A stretch of 64,000 nt of DNA from Nitrosopumilus sp. (lineage in GTDB: Archaea > Thermoproteota > Nitrososphaeria > Nitrososphaerales > Nitrosopumilaceae): NCBI GenBank assembly GCA_965206745.1, contig OZ242220.1, forward strand, positions 832,001 to 896,000, given 5' to 3'. Positions 10,581 through 21,284 of the stretch are shown piece by piece; positions within the stretch are counted from its first letter, which is position 1, and each line of letters begins with the position of its first letter. The notes beneath the pieces are model-generated. The model was not told the origin of the DNA. It did no database searches and saw only the letters and a program-made list of their open reading frames with translations. Made by a program: the position numbers and the translations under genes.

Positions 10581-10700
10581 AAAAAAAAGTCAGTCCCCCT
10601 TACTGTGGAGACTCAAAATGCATTAACTAGTTTATGTGAGCATTGGGCTCTTCCAGCTAACACCGCAAGATGTCTCTGACTCAATGACCCCTCTACGTCT
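10581..10700 (-). ncRNA. Candidate structured small RNA or leader
   Basis: GC-richer intergenic patch with nested stems, then a hairpin and a T8 tract on the minus strand. No family recognised. Confidence 0.25.
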
Positions 10701-10936
10701 ATGTTTTTGTTAAAAAACCAGAATCAAAAATAATCACTTTTAGGTTAAATTTCTAAACGTTGGATCAAACTCATGCGTGTAGGGCTTGAATCCTCAGTTC
10801 TCCCTTGTATGTCTGTAAGCGGCTCTGTTATTTGGCAATATCTCTTGATTTTTGGGAAATCCGATAGGATCCCTCATGATGATCATTTATGCACGACTTT
10901 GGTATATGTGGCACTTTGAATGGTGAATCTTCTCAT

Positions 10937-11164
10937 TTAGATCATTACTCCGTTGTCATCTTTGGAATCTGATTCCACTATTGCTTTGATTTGAGATGTA
11001 TCCTCACAGTTTTTCCTAAATCCTACATTGTGCTGCATGATTCTGACCATGCCATATCGTCTGTAACTGCCAGCTGATTCATCATATTCTTTGTCATGTT
11101 TTGTCAGAATCACCGCCTTTACTTTTTTCTTACATGTTTTGCAGTAAACAAAAACTTCATTCAC
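10937..11164 (-). CDS. Small hypothetical protein (CxxC...H...C)
   Basis: 75-aa ORF, GTG start, YCKTCKK. Confidence 0.7.
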   Translation of the reverse strand: MNEVFVYCKTCKKKVKAVILTKHDKEYDESAGSYRRYGMVRIMQHNVGFRKNCEDTSQIKAIVESDSKDDNGVMI

Positions 11165-11217
11165 ATCTTCTCTGAATTATTTACAAACTTAAGGTTATTG
11201 GGGGCTGATTGCAGATT

Positions 11218-11415
11218 TTACTGCGTGTCTTTTTCCATCTTTATCCTTCTGATGACATCCTGGACTAATTTTTCATCCTTTGTAACTAGTTCTTGAAGCC
11301 TCTCCTTGTATTGCTCATCCCCCCATTTTTCTAGGCTGAACATCTCTTTGACTAGTTTTACAATTTCTGATTTGTTTCTCTGGTGATCGCGTTTGGCTAT
11401 CTCCGAATCCTCCAT
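11218..11415 (-). CDS. Small helical hypothetical protein
   Basis: 65-aa charged ORF, ATG start. Confidence 0.65.
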   Translation of the reverse strand: MEDSEIAKRDHQRNKSEIVKLVKEMFSLEKWGDEQYKERLQELVTKDEKLVQDVIRRIKMEKDTQ

Positions 11416-11484
11416 AACCTAGTCTCAAATAATTGTGAACTTTAAGCGTATTGATTTTTTTAGTAGGTCTGTGAAATAACATCG

Positions 11485-11676
11485 TTGAATTTCAACTGTA
11501 TCTTCACATCTTGCAATTTCAAATGCAATAATATCGCAGTAGAGGATTTCACAAACCATCTAAATGAGGAACATCATGATGAAATTCTAGAGATTTCAAA
11601 AAAAGAGAACATACCAGTCAAAACTGCAGAAATGATTGCAGTGACTAATTCCACGGTATTCATTAATTCTGGTTAA
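11485..11676 (+). CDS. Small C2H2-like Zn-binding protein
   Basis: C-x4-C ... HLNEEH. Confidence 0.65.
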   Translation: MNFNCIFTSCNFKCNNIAVEDFTNHLNEEHHDEILEISKKENIPVKTAEMIAVTNSTVFINSG

Positions 11677-11698
11677 TCCGAGCCGATTTAGGGGCATA

Positions 11699-11806
11699 TC
11701 ACTTGCCTGTGACGTAACTGATATACAATATTGATGAGGCAATAACTGAAACTATGATGATTGCCGCTAGTTCTTTTGTTGAAAAAACACCTGTTCTAAG
11801 ACTCAC
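11699..11806 (-). CDS. 35-aa single-TM microprotein (not in ORF track)
   Basis: GTG start; MSLRTGVFSTKELAAIIIVSVIASSILYISYVTGK. Confidence 0.45.
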   Translation of the reverse strand: MSLRTGVFSTKELAAIIIVSVIASSILYISYVTGK

Positions 11807-11915
11807 AAATTGCCTGTAGGTATTATCAACTTAAGCGTATTGAAAGTAACTAGTGACTATGTCAAAAGCCGAGATTAACCAGTAGATTCTTATCTAAAAT
11901 TTTGAGGCAAAATAC

Positions 11916-12863
11916 ATGGCCAAAATTAAGAACAATTCGCCTGTACTGTTCTTCTATAACAATTCAAAAAAATGGCTGGCCAAAATTTCTAAAAAGGAAT
12001 CCTTTCACACTCACATTGGCATACTCAAGCACTCTGATGCAATTGGCAAGGAGTATGGCTCCAGACTGACGACAAACAAGGACAAGTATGTCTATCTTTT
12101 GGAGCCAACGATGTATGACTATGTAATGAAAATTCAGCACGGGACCCAGATTGTCTATCCTAAAGATATCGGATACATTATTGCAAGGGCAGGAATTGGT
12201 GACGGGCAGAAGATCTTGGAGATTGGAACCGGTAGCGGCTCGCTGACCTCGTTTGTAGCCAGTGTTGTAAAGCCACGTGGGCATGTATACACATTTGATG
12301 TGGATGAAAACTTTATGAAAATTGCTGAGAAGAATATCGCAAAAGCTGGTGTTTCAAAGTACGTGACCCAGCATAATCTGGATTTAAAGACTGCCAAAAA
12401 AATGCCTTTGGAGGATATGGACATGGCAATTATTGATTTAGGAGATCCATGGGTCGTGGTTCCACAAGTCCGGCAGATGCTAAAGGGGAGCGGAACCCTG
12501 TTTGCCATATGTCCTACAATGAACCAACTAGAAAAATTGACGATGGCATTAGTAGAAAATGAATTTACCGACATTGAATCCACCGAACACATAATTCGAA
12601 CTATCGAAGCTAGGGAGGGAAAAACAAGGCATTCCTTCCAGGGCATCGGTCATACGACCTATCTCTGCTTTGCAAGAAAGGCATTTTTTGACAGAGAGGC
12701 TCGAAAATCCGCAGATGCTGCCAAAACCTCTAAAACTCCAAAGAAAGCCGTTTTAAAAACCATCAAAAAGACTGGTACTAAACCTAGCACCAAAGCAACG
12801 AAAAAGACTGGTACTAAACCTAGCACCAAGGCAACAAAAAAGACAATCAAAAAATCATCCTAG
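11916..12863 (+). CDS. trmI: tRNA (adenine-N1)-methyltransferase TrmI/GCD14 with Lys-rich tail
   Basis: TQIVYPKDIG, EIGTGSGSLT, DLGDPW, HTTYL motifs. Confidence 0.93.
   Translation: MAKIKNNSPVLFFYNNSKKWLAKISKKESFHTHIGILKHSDAIGKEYGSRLTTNKDKYVYLLEPTMYDYVMKIQHGTQIVYPKDIGYIIARAGIGDGQKILEIGTGSGSLTSFVASVVKPRGHVYTFDVDENFMKIAEKNIAKAGVSKYVTQHNLDLKTAKKMPLEDMDMAIIDLGDPWVVVPQVRQMLKGSGTLFAICPTMNQLEKLTMALVENEFTDIESTEHIIRTIEAREGKTRHSFQGIGHTTYLCFARKAFFDREARKSADAAKTSKTPKKAVLKTIKKTGTKPSTKATKKTGTKPSTKATKKTIKKSS
12765..12836 (+). repeat. 36-bp tandem duplication encoding KKTGTKPSTKAT x2
   Basis: aaaaagactggtactaaacctagcaccaa(a/g)gcaac(g/a) twice. Confidence 0.9.
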
Positions 12864-12919
12864 TTATTCCCTGATACTTTAAAACAAGATTTATTCCTCT
12901 ATCTTGTAGAGTATGCTGT

Positions 12920-13783
12920 ATGGCTGGAAAAAATCTAACTTCATCAATGGTTAAAAAGTTCATTCCTGCCAGAGAATCAAAATCAAGAAAAGGTGACAAT
13001 GGAATTGCACTGGTTGTCGGCGGAAGCTACATTTACCACGGTGCTCCGATACTTTCCTCCCTTGCTGCATTGAAATCTGGCACTGATCTCGTCTATACCT
13101 CTGTTCCCAAAATCAACGTCACACCAACTCGTGCTGTTTCTCCCAACCTGATAGTGATTCCCCTAGTTGATCAGAAATTTACTTTGGGGGCAGCTAACAA
13201 ACTGATTGGCGCACTGCCTCGTAATTTACATTCAGCCACAATTGGAATGGGGTTGGCAATACAAGAAAAAAATTCTTTGTTGCACTTTGTAAAATCTTTG
13301 CTGAATAGGGATGTGAGGCTGTCTCTGGATGCAAGTGCATTGATTCCAGACGTTCTTCCTCTTTTAGCAAACAAGAATGTGGCAGTAACCCCCCATGCAG
13401 GTGAATTCAAACGATTGTTTGGTGACACCCTGCCAAACTCTAAAAATGAACGAATCAGACTTGTCGAGACCAAGGCAAAGGAATTTGGAATTACTGTTCT
13501 GTTAAAAGGTGCTACGGATATAGTCTCTGATGGCACTACCACATATCTTAATGAGATGAAAACCCCTGCCATGACAGTCGGTGGGACAGGTGATGTTTTG
13601 TCAGGATTAGTTGCAGGATTACTATCAAGGAATCGAAATTCCCTGGAATCTGCGGCAGCTGCCACATTCATTAACGGATTGGCAGGAAAGGCCGCTCAGA
13701 AAAGGTTGGGATTGCACATGACCTCGATGGATCTTTTGGATGAACTTCCTGCTGTAATGAAGCCATTTGACAGGATAGTATGA
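12920..13783 (+). CDS. nnrD: ADP-dependent NAD(P)H-hydrate dehydratase (YjeF C-terminal domain)
   Basis: KGDNG..LVVGGS..YHGAP, DASAL, TPHAGEF, GGTGDVLSG. Confidence 0.93.
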   Translation: MAGKNLTSSMVKKFIPARESKSRKGDNGIALVVGGSYIYHGAPILSSLAALKSGTDLVYTSVPKINVTPTRAVSPNLIVIPLVDQKFTLGAANKLIGALPRNLHSATIGMGLAIQEKNSLLHFVKSLLNRDVRLSLDASALIPDVLPLLANKNVAVTPHAGEFKRLFGDTLPNSKNERIRLVETKAKEFGITVLLKGATDIVSDGTTTYLNEMKTPAMTVGGTGDVLSGLVAGLLSRNRNSLESAAAATFINGLAGKAAQKRLGLHMTSMDLLDELPAVMKPFDRIV

Positions 13784-15141
13784 CTAGAATGATTCCAACA
13801 AAGCATGTTGATGCTCATATGGGTGATCTTGTCTCAGATTTACAGACATTAATTCGCCAACCCAGCGTTTCTGCAAAAGACGAAGGAATTGAGGAATGCG
13901 CATTTCTGGTTGAAAAATTATTGAAAAAATCTGGAGTGAAATCGGAGATTTTACGACTAAAGAAAGGTGTTGCACCACTAGTATACGGCGAGGTAAAGTC
14001 AAAACAAAATCCGAAAAAGACTCTGATGTTTTACAATCACTATGACGTCCAACCTGCCGAACCACTTGATCTGTGGACTGATCCGCCATTTAGCGGAACT
14101 AGAAAAGGCAATAAAATTTTTGGAAGGGGCGCCACTGACGATAAGGGCGAGTTGATCACTAGAATCAAAGCAGTTGAGGCATGTTTGAAAACAACTGGGG
14201 ATGTGCCGTGTAACATAAAATTTGTAATTGAGGGTGAGGAGGAAACTGGCAGTGCACACATTGAGGAATATCTGAAAAAATACAAAAAGAAATTCTCATG
14301 TGATGGTGTAATCTGGGAATTTGGTTACGTTGATGCAAAAGATAGGCCAATCATTGGGCTTGGAATGAAAGGACTCCTCTTTGTTGAATTATCCGCAAAG
14401 GAATCAATTCGTGACGCTCACTCTAGCTTGGCAGTATTGATTAAAAATCCCGCATGGAGGTTAATTGAGGCCGTAAACACACTCAGAAATTCAGATGGCC
14501 GGGTTCTCATCAAAGACTGGTACAAGGAGGTATCCCCGTTCTCCAAAAATGATCTGAAAATAATCCAAAACGAACCATTTGATGAGGATGCATTCAAAAA
14601 AGAATTTGGGATCAAGTCGTTTGTGGGAAACAAGAGCGGGTTGGATGCAAAAAAGGCCCTGGTTGGAGGCGCCACTTGTAATATTGCTGGTTTTGTTTCT
14701 GGCTATGCCGGGGATGGTGCAAAGACCGTTCTTCCTAGCAGCGCACTTGTAAAGATTGACTTTAGACTAATTCCCAAGATGAACCCCAAAAAACAGGTTT
14801 CACGATTAAAAAATCACCTGAGATCAAAGGGATTCTCCGATGTTGGCATCAGAGTTTTCCATGGGGAGGCAGCGGCAAGAACCGATCCTTCCCATCTGTT
14901 CGTATCCCAAGTCAAAGATGCTGCAGACAAGTCATTTGGAAAATCAATCATTAATGTTTCAAATGCCGCTACTGGCCCCATGCATCCGTTTGCCCAAATA
15001 CTAAAAGTCCCTTGCATCTCCATAGGGAGCACATACATGTTTTCACGAATTCACTCGCCAAATGAATTTGCAAGAATTGATTTGCTAAAGAAAGCTACAA
15101 AGTGCATGTGTGAGATAATGAGTAACTTTGGAAATCCCTAG
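13780..15141 (+). CDS. M20/M25/M40 metallopeptidase (ArgE/DapE family)
   Basis: HYDVQP, GRGATDDKG, EGEEETGS, HSPNE. Confidence 0.92.
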   Translation: MTRMIPTKHVDAHMGDLVSDLQTLIRQPSVSAKDEGIEECAFLVEKLLKKSGVKSEILRLKKGVAPLVYGEVKSKQNPKKTLMFYNHYDVQPAEPLDLWTDPPFSGTRKGNKIFGRGATDDKGELITRIKAVEACLKTTGDVPCNIKFVIEGEEETGSAHIEEYLKKYKKKFSCDGVIWEFGYVDAKDRPIIGLGMKGLLFVELSAKESIRDAHSSLAVLIKNPAWRLIEAVNTLRNSDGRVLIKDWYKEVSPFSKNDLKIIQNEPFDEDAFKKEFGIKSFVGNKSGLDAKKALVGGATCNIAGFVSGYAGDGAKTVLPSSALVKIDFRLIPKMNPKKQVSRLKNHLRSKGFSDVGIRVFHGEAAARTDPSHLFVSQVKDAADKSFGKSIINVSNAATGPMHPFAQILKVPCISIGSTYMFSRIHSPNEFARIDLLKKATKCMCEIMSNFGNP

Positions 15142-15554
15142 TGCAGGCATCTGGGTAATTTTTTGATGATCTGGGCAAGTGATATCCTGCCTGGTCCTAC
15201 TATCATAATTACAAGTGCCACTGCAAGCAGGATTAGATCCAATTCCACTCCTCCCTTTCCTGTGATGCTTGATGCGCCCTTGACCATGAAAATTGCGCCT
15301 AGCATGATAATTGAAATCAATGATGCAGACAACCTGCTGAGAACTCCGATAATCAGTAAAATTCCTGGAACTAGTTCTGCTAGTGCAATTGGAATTTGTA
15401 ACTCCGCTGGCAATCCCATATGTGGCAGATTCTCTGCAAACCCAGCGTCAAACTTTGAGATTCCATGAAGAATAAAGATCACGCCGATTGCAGACCTTAA
15501 ACCCATGAATACTGTGTCATCTAGAATCTTCTCTTTGATTTCAGCAGTGGTCAT
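15138..15554 (-). CDS. DoxX-family membrane protein
   Basis: Probable start MTTAEIKEK at 15554. LR..IGVIFILHGISK, AELVPG, GPGRISL. Confidence 0.88.
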   Translation of the reverse strand: MTTAEIKEKILDDTVFMGLRSAIGVIFILHGISKFDAGFAENLPHMGLPAELQIPIALAELVPGILLIIGVLSRLSASLISIIMLGAIFMVKGASSITGKGGVELDLILLAVALVIMIVGPGRISLAQIIKKLPRCLH

Positions 15555-15648
15555 GATACTGCCTTGAACTTTTAGTATAATTGTCTTGCCCTTGAATCCA
15601 ACATTAAATGTAGAAAGCCCTTTATTATGCGGTAAAATTATTTGAATT

Positions 15649-16245
15649 ATGTCCATGTATATGCCGGGAGCAACTGCTGTTGGGATTACTTTTGATGGTG
15701 GCATAGTTCTTGCCAGTGAGAAAAGGATCGCATTTGGAAACTTTTTGGTAAGCAAATCCACAAAAAAGACATTCCCAATCACTTCCAAAGTCGGCGCAAC
15801 TTGTGCTGGTCTTGTGGCAGACATGCAGATCCTGACTTTACAAATCTCCGCCTTGGCCAAAATCAGAAAGATGGAACTCAAAAGAGACGTTCCTCCAAAC
15901 ACCGTTGCCAAAATGATGTCAAATATGATGTATGAGAGAAGATACTTTCCATTGTTGACCCAGGTGATTGTTGGTGGTGTCGTTGACAAACCCATAATGT
16001 ACACATTAGATCCATTGGGTTCGGTACTCCCTGATGATTATGCTGCAGTAGGGACTGGGGCAGAGATGGCATTAGGCGTCTTGGATCCCCAATTCAAACC
16101 AAACATGACCAAGGACGAGGCAGTGAATTTGGCAAAACATGCGGTTCGTTCAGCCGCCCTTAGAGACTCTGCAAGTGGTGATGGATTAGACCTGCTTGTA
16201 ATTACCAAAGATGGTACTGAAGAGTTCTCCGAGGATATCAAGTAA
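15649..16245 (+). CDS. psmB: Proteasome beta subunit
   Basis: GATAVGI, AGLVADMQ, DPLGS, RDSASG. Ala rather than Thr follows the propeptide Gly, so possibly the non-catalytic beta paralogue. Confidence 0.93.
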   Translation: MSMYMPGATAVGITFDGGIVLASEKRIAFGNFLVSKSTKKTFPITSKVGATCAGLVADMQILTLQISALAKIRKMELKRDVPPNTVAKMMSNMMYERRYFPLLTQVIVGGVVDKPIMYTLDPLGSVLPDDYAAVGTGAEMALGVLDPQFKPNMTKDEAVNLAKHAVRSAALRDSASGDGLDLLVITKDGTEEFSEDIK

Positions 16246-16270
16246 AAACTCCACATCTTAAGAATCAGCT

Positions 16271-16747
16271 TTAGTCGTAAATTGTCTTACCTGTCTCCCA
16301 GAATCTGTCTGAGATGTAGTGCATATTTTTTATGACCTCACCTTTCTCCATGTCTTCTAATTCCAAACTACTCACCAGTGACTTTCCAACTGCCAGAAAC
16401 TTGTGCCGTGATTCCTCCACAATACACACTATCTTTTCCTTCTCAAACTCTGTAAATTTTTTAATTCCAGGCCTCATCAAATTTGCCCCCTTGCACATGA
16501 ATTTCACTGCCCCCATGTCCACTGTGACTGATGGGAATTTCTCTAGCATTTCAATCTCCGACAAAAATGGCAGATAATCTTCATCAACTTTTAATATTTT
16601 TATTGCGTTTCCTGTAATGATTTGTGCGTCATCTAAAATCTGGTGAACTTTGACATTTTTGATTTTGGGAAGCTCCATTCCCCATCTTTCTGAAATTGTC
16701 TTCAAAAGTGCATTGGTTTCACTTTTGGAAATTAAATTGGACTTCAA
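16271..16747 (-). CDS. PUA-domain RNA-binding protein (MCT-1/Tma20-like)
   Basis: VTVDMGAVKFMCKGANLMRPGI. Confidence 0.9.
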   Translation of the reverse strand: MKSNLISKSETNALLKTISERWGMELPKIKNVKVHQILDDAQIITGNAIKILKVDEDYLPFLSEIEMLEKFPSVTVDMGAVKFMCKGANLMRPGIKKFTEFEKEKIVCIVEESRHKFLAVGKSLVSSLELEDMEKGEVIKNMHYISDRFWETGKTIYD

Positions 16748-17754
16748 TCTCTGGCAATCTCTTGTTTGATGTCTAGCAGGTCTCTAAGAATTGAACTGGC
16801 AGTCTCCATGCCTCCTGCACCCTTGCCGATAATTGTTTGAGTGCCTGAATGCTCAGAGGTAAAAGCAATTGCATTTAGCGTTCCGTTCACACATAGTGGA
16901 TCGTCATTTGGCACCTCCTTTGGACCTACGACAAGTTCTTTGTTAGATGAAGCAATTAGTTTTATTGCACAGTTGTTTTTGGCGGCCTCCTTGATGTCCT
17001 CTACTGTAACTTTTCTAATCCCCGTACAGTTGATGTCTGGAAGGGTGACTTTCATTCCCATAATCCAGTTTGCAAGAATGACTAGTTTTGCAGCGGCATC
17101 AAGTCCATCCAAATCCAAAGACTCGTCAGCTTCAACATACCCCTTGTCCTTTGCATCTTTTAGTGCCTCCTCATAAGTTATCCCCGTACCCATGTTTGTC
17201 AGGATGTAGTTTGTGGTTCCGTTAAGTATGCCTGCAAATGATGTGATTCTTTCTCCGCTGAGGCTGTTTTTGGCATAATCTAGAATTGGGGTTCCGCCTC
17301 CCACCGTGCCGCTAAATTTGAACATTACCTGGTTGTACGTTGCAAGTTCTAGCAGTGACGGGAATGCCAAAGCCAGCGGTCCTTTGTTCACTGATATGAC
17401 GTGCATGCCTTTTCTCATGGCTGTGGTGATGTGGGTCATTCCGGGCTCTGCATCTTTGTAGTTGCTTGCAGTCGTCTCGATGAGAACATCTGCCTCTACG
17501 TTCTTTAGCATGTCAGTTCCTGACATTGAATTCCCGGTATCTGCATAATTTTTTACGGTCCCAAACTTTTTCTTTGTCTGAACCAGTCTGTTGAAATCCA
17601 ATCCTGACAGGTCCACTGCGCTTCCCCTGCTGTCAAAGACTCCGACAACCCTGGGTTTTAATCCGTATTTTGCATAAAGATCACCTGATCTTGAATCAAA
17701 TAATTTGACCAAGCTCTGGCCTACGATCCCAAAACCGCATAGTATGATCCTCAA
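16744..17754 (-). CDS. hom: Homoserine dehydrogenase
   Basis: GFGIVG, NKGPLA, TVGGGTP, GILNGTTNYIL, GKGAGGMETAS. Confidence 0.95.
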   Translation of the reverse strand: MRIILCGFGIVGQSLVKLFDSRSGDLYAKYGLKPRVVGVFDSRGSAVDLSGLDFNRLVQTKKKFGTVKNYADTGNSMSGTDMLKNVEADVLIETTASNYKDAEPGMTHITTAMRKGMHVISVNKGPLALAFPSLLELATYNQVMFKFSGTVGGGTPILDYAKNSLSGERITSFAGILNGTTNYILTNMGTGITYEEALKDAKDKGYVEADESLDLDGLDAAAKLVILANWIMGMKVTLPDINCTGIRKVTVEDIKEAAKNNCAIKLIASSNKELVVGPKEVPNDDPLCVNGTLNAIAFTSEHSGTQTIIGKGAGGMETASSILRDLLDIKQEIARD

Positions 17755-17882
17755 ACTGTCTCTTCCCCTTTTACCTCATTTTTGTGATTCATGGCTCTTC
17801 TTGATTTTATTATGATTAATTGTGTTTTATTAATAATTTTTGAATATTCTTTCACAAGTGGCATGCCTTTGTCGATCCATGA

Positions 17883-18290
17883 CTATGGCGTATCTTCATC
17901 CTTTTCATGTCGTAATGAAATTGAATTGATACAATATCTCTGATTTGTAGGCTTTGGGCCATCATCAAATACGTGGCCTAGGTGTGCCCCACACTTGTTG
18001 CAGTTGACCTCGGTACGAACCATGCCGTATGCCGTATCTGAAACGTATTCTATGCTCTCTTCTGAAACTGGTTGCCAGAAACTTGGCCATCCAGAACCAG
18101 AATCAAATTTTGTATCAGATGAGAACAATTCTTCGCCACAGCACGTGCATTTGAAGATCCCCTCTAGTTTGGTATTGTTGTATTTTCCAGAAAATGGCGG
18201 TTCTGTTCCATGATTGATGCAGATTTCATACTGATCTGCAGTTAGCTGCTCCTTCCACTCTTCAGGCTTTTTCTCAATTTTTTCTGCCAT
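17883..18290 (-). CDS. msrB: Peptide-methionine (R)-S-oxide reductase
   Basis: GTEPPF, KFDSGSGWPSF, HLGHVFDDGP, RYCINS. Confidence 0.97.
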   Translation of the reverse strand: MAEKIEKKPEEWKEQLTADQYEICINHGTEPPFSGKYNNTKLEGIFKCTCCGEELFSSDTKFDSGSGWPSFWQPVSEESIEYVSDTAYGMVRTEVNCNKCGAHLGHVFDDGPKPTNQRYCINSISLRHEKDEDTP

Positions 18291-18326
18291 GATGGTTTTT
18301 GACTATTCTGATATTAGAATATTTTT

Positions 18327-19946
18327 CTATTTTTTTAATTTCTTTCTCTTCTCCTCTGTTCTTTTCTCGGATTCGAATCTCTCCAAATCATATTCTTTCA
18401 TATCTGCATACTTTATAATTTTGCTGAGATTTGGGTGGACTCTGTTGATCTGTTTGAACATTTGCTGGGCCACCCTTCTGTAATCCACATGTCCTTGTGG
18501 TACCGTCCTTAGTTCAATTAAATGACATGCCTCCCTTAGGTTCATTTTCATAAAATACGGATAGTTGTATCCAAAGTTCACCACGTACTGTCCTTGTTCT
18601 GGGAATCTGACCCTGATCTTCTCAAATGCATCCTTTGTTTTGCTCATACAATCTTTAAAGTCTCTTTCAATTCCCAAAACTTTGATCTCATTTGGCATGC
18701 TGTATCCGTGATCCGTTGTTAGTAGCTGTCTTTCAAGTGTAAGTGCCCTATGTCTGTGAAAATCCCTGAACATTCCAAAATTATTGCACAAATCAAACGT
18801 ATAGTACACATTCTCAAAGGCCCTTGAGGGTCTGTGGCGTCTGTTTGTACGAATCTTTGCAAATTCATCAATAATCTTGATCTTTTTGCCTTTTGGCATT
18901 TTTCCTACCTGTTGTAGGATGTCCTGGTATGATGTGCTAGGGGATTGCTCGTACATTATACTTGTAACTATCGTGTCGATGGATTTTCTCTCTGTCTCAT
19001 AATCTACAAGTTTTGTAGCAGTGCCCTTTTTTGGTTCTGATTTGATCTCCTTGGCAACAATTGATCTTGTTTTACCTTTTACATCTCTGAGATATTTTTG
19101 GAATGCCTTGCCATATCTGTCATCAGCTCGTCTGACAAATGATTTGATCGTAGTGTCAAGCTCTTTTTTGATTTTTGAGGCTAAATCTTGCTCTTCTTTT
19201 AGCTCCGATGAGCTTAAAATTGTCAACAGATATTCAAACGCCCTTCCGTTTCCCGTGATTCCAACATTAGTCAGAGTCGATGCTGGCAACAGTCCTCTGA
19301 GTATGTCAAGGGCTTTGGCTTTGGTCGAACCTCTGTAAATCATATTTGCAGATTTTATGTCCGATTCATCTTTTAATTTGGAAAACGATTTTTCTTTTCC
19401 GTCTCTTGAATCCTTAAAGCTGTATTTTTCTATCGGATACTTTTCCCTGACATAACTTATCATCGGTTCTATGTTTTTTGAATAGACGTCAAATGAAAAA
19501 TTACAACTCTCTTCATAAATATCTGCAAAACGGGATCCAGTGATCTGGGCATCCCTGTAAAACCTGTACTTGCCATTCTCTTTTTTATTCCACGCAACAT
19601 ACCTTGATGATTTTTCCAAATATGACAGTCCGATGCGTCTGTCTTCAATTTTTTTTACTGCAATGTTTGATAGCCCCTCAATCGCAATTTGTGCCTCACC
19701 TAATTCTGCAACAGAGTCATCGCCGTATTCGAGAAGCACTCTGTTGTAAAATTCCTCGCCCCTGTTTTTATTTTCTAAAAATTCATCAAGAAAAATCCGT
19801 CTCATGCTTTTGTCTGTTCTGCTGTATCTCGACATCAGTGCTCCACGATCAACCTGCCTTGGTGTAATTATCGCAAAGACGTTGCCGTCGGTATTTGAAA
19901 AGTGATCCGATAGGACCTTTTCTTCTTTAGCTGAGAACTCTGACAA
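18327..19946 (-). CDS. thyX: FAD-dependent thymidylate synthase (tandem-domain form)
   Basis: [30 protein letters not shown]. Two ThyX-like halves. Confidence 0.92.
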   Translation of the reverse strand: MSEFSAKEEKVLSDHFSNTDGNVFAIITPRQVDRGALMSRYSRTDKSMRRIFLDEFLENKNRGEEFYNRVLLEYGDDSVAELGEAQIAIEGLSNIAVKKIEDRRIGLSYLEKSSRYVAWNKKENGKYRFYRDAQITGSRFADIYEESCNFSFDVYSKNIEPMISYVREKYPIEKYSFKDSRDGKEKSFSKLKDESDIKSANMIYRGSTKAKALDILRGLLPASTLTNVGITGNGRAFEYLLTILSSSELKEEQDLASKIKKELDTTIKSFVRRADDRYGKAFQKYLRDVKGKTRSIVAKEIKSEPKKGTATKLVDYETERKSIDTIVTSIMYEQSPSTSYQDILQQVGKMPKGKKIKIIDEFAKIRTNRRHRPSRAFENVYYTFDLCNNFGMFRDFHRHRALTLERQLLTTDHGYSMPNEIKVLGIERDFKDCMSKTKDAFEKIRVRFPEQGQYVVNFGYNYPYFMKMNLREACHLIELRTVPQGHVDYRRVAQQMFKQINRVHPNLSKIIKYADMKEYDLERFESEKRTEEKRKKLKK

Positions 19947-19979
19947 TACCGATATTGCTGTTTGACAATTATTAATAGT

Positions 19980-20273
19980 CTATTTCTTTTTTCCAATCTG
20001 AATCAGATCGGGGCCCTTGTCCTTGTCTTTATCTTGACCTTTTGTCTGCCATCTTAGCAGGACCTGTTTGAACGCTTCTGCATCTTCCTCATTTTCGGTG
20101 TACAGTAGGGTCGTAACCCAGAATCCTTTTTTGGCTGTTTTCCCTCCAATGGAGTTCATCCAGAAATCATTTGGCAGGGTCTTCATTGCCTTGTTGTCTG
20201 GATCCTTTGTGGCCTCAGTCCATCGACTTGCTACAAAATTCAAAATCTGTTCAATTTCTTCTCTTTGAATCAT
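19980..20273 (-). CDS. Hypothetical protein
   Basis: Probable start MIQREEIEQ at 20273; the longer ORF overlaps cdvA antisense. Confidence 0.65.
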   Translation of the reverse strand: MIQREEIEQILNFVASRWTEATKDPDNKAMKTLPNDFWMNSIGGKTAKKGFWVTTLLYTENEEDAEAFKQVLLRWQTKGQDKDKDKGPDLIQIGKKK

Positions 20274-20405
20274 GAGCCTGCTACTTTCTCTCCCGATTTT
20301 AAAATTACTAAAAATAGGCGATGTGGAATTGGTGAATTTAATCTTACTAAAACTAAAAATATTTCTTACACTTTGTCGGTTATACAAACCTCTAAAGTAC
20401 CACAT

Positions 20406-21284
20406 ATGACAAACGACGATATCGAAATTATCGGCAAAAACGTCAAAGACATGTACGGAACATTCATGGGCAAAGTCGTAGGAACAATAACTGACATAGA
20501 CGGAAGTATTCAATCCGTCGGAATTGACTGCGGTTCTCAAGGATTACAGCAAATCCAATATGAGCAACTAGTGGTTCAAGGAGAGGTAGTCATATTTATT
20601 CCAAAATGGAGACTCGACTCACAAAGACTCATTCGTGAAAAACAGTTAACTCTACGCCGACTAAAGGCATTGATTGACATAGTTTCAGAAAATGATGACA
20701 TGAAAGCAGATGCAGAAATCATTCATGAGAAATACAAGTCAAAACTTGCATCGTTAGATGAAACAGAACGTGAAATCAAAGCAACACTGGAGGCTAGACT
20801 GACAGAGTTAGACGAACAAATGAAGTCTGCAAAAATGCTATCGTTTGATGCAAAAGTACAATACAAGAGCAATGAAATCTCTGATGCAACATTTGAGACT
20901 GTGAAATCATGCACAACTGAGGTAATTGAGCATGTGACTCACGAGACAGCAGAAATCGCAAATGTAAAGAGCAGAATTGCAGATCTTGAATTGGAAGTGC
21001 AACAGATAACAGCCCCTCCAACACCAGACATCCAAGAATCCGCCGTTTCATATCTGGAGACCTCTGAACCGCAACAAATAGTTCAGACCATACTTCCAGA
21101 AGTACCAGTCGAATCCGCAGCTATATCTCCAGAACCAATTGAGGCACCTAGTACCCCTATACCAGAGCCTCCAACTGAATCCGGAGTAGCACTTGCATTC
21201 CCAGAACCACCCCAACAGGTGACAGCAGATACTTCAAAAGACGACAATGATAACGATTGGCTTGCTAGAATGGAAGCACAATAA
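20406..21284 (+). CDS. cdvA: Cell division protein CdvA
   Basis: IGKNVKDMYG...G.VVG PRC-barrel, coiled coil, Pro/Glu-rich tail. Start MTNDDIE at 20406. Confidence 0.88.
   Translation: MTNDDIEIIGKNVKDMYGTFMGKVVGTITDIDGSIQSVGIDCGSQGLQQIQYEQLVVQGEVVIFIPKWRLDSQRLIREKQLTLRRLKALIDIVSENDDMKADAEIIHEKYKSKLASLDETEREIKATLEARLTELDEQMKSAKMLSFDAKVQYKSNEISDATFETVKSCTTEVIEHVTHETAEIANVKSRIADLELEVQQITAPPTPDIQESAVSYLETSEPQQIVQTILPEVPVESAAISPEPIEAPSTPIPEPPTESGVALAFPEPPQQVTADTSKDDNDNDWLARMEAQ

Noticed and set aside
15555-16004. N-terminal extension of the 288-aa DoxX ORF
   Set aside because: Antisense to the proteasome beta gene; DoxX similarity starts at 15554.
20265-20540. Overlapping N-terminal extensions of cdvA and of the divergent ORF
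   Set aside because: They span the shared promoter region; internal ATGs at 20406 and 20273 are more plausible.
18327-21284. Double-length ThyX, and cdvA without adjacent cdvB/cdvC
   Set aside because: Both are known, ordinary features of Thaumarchaeota.
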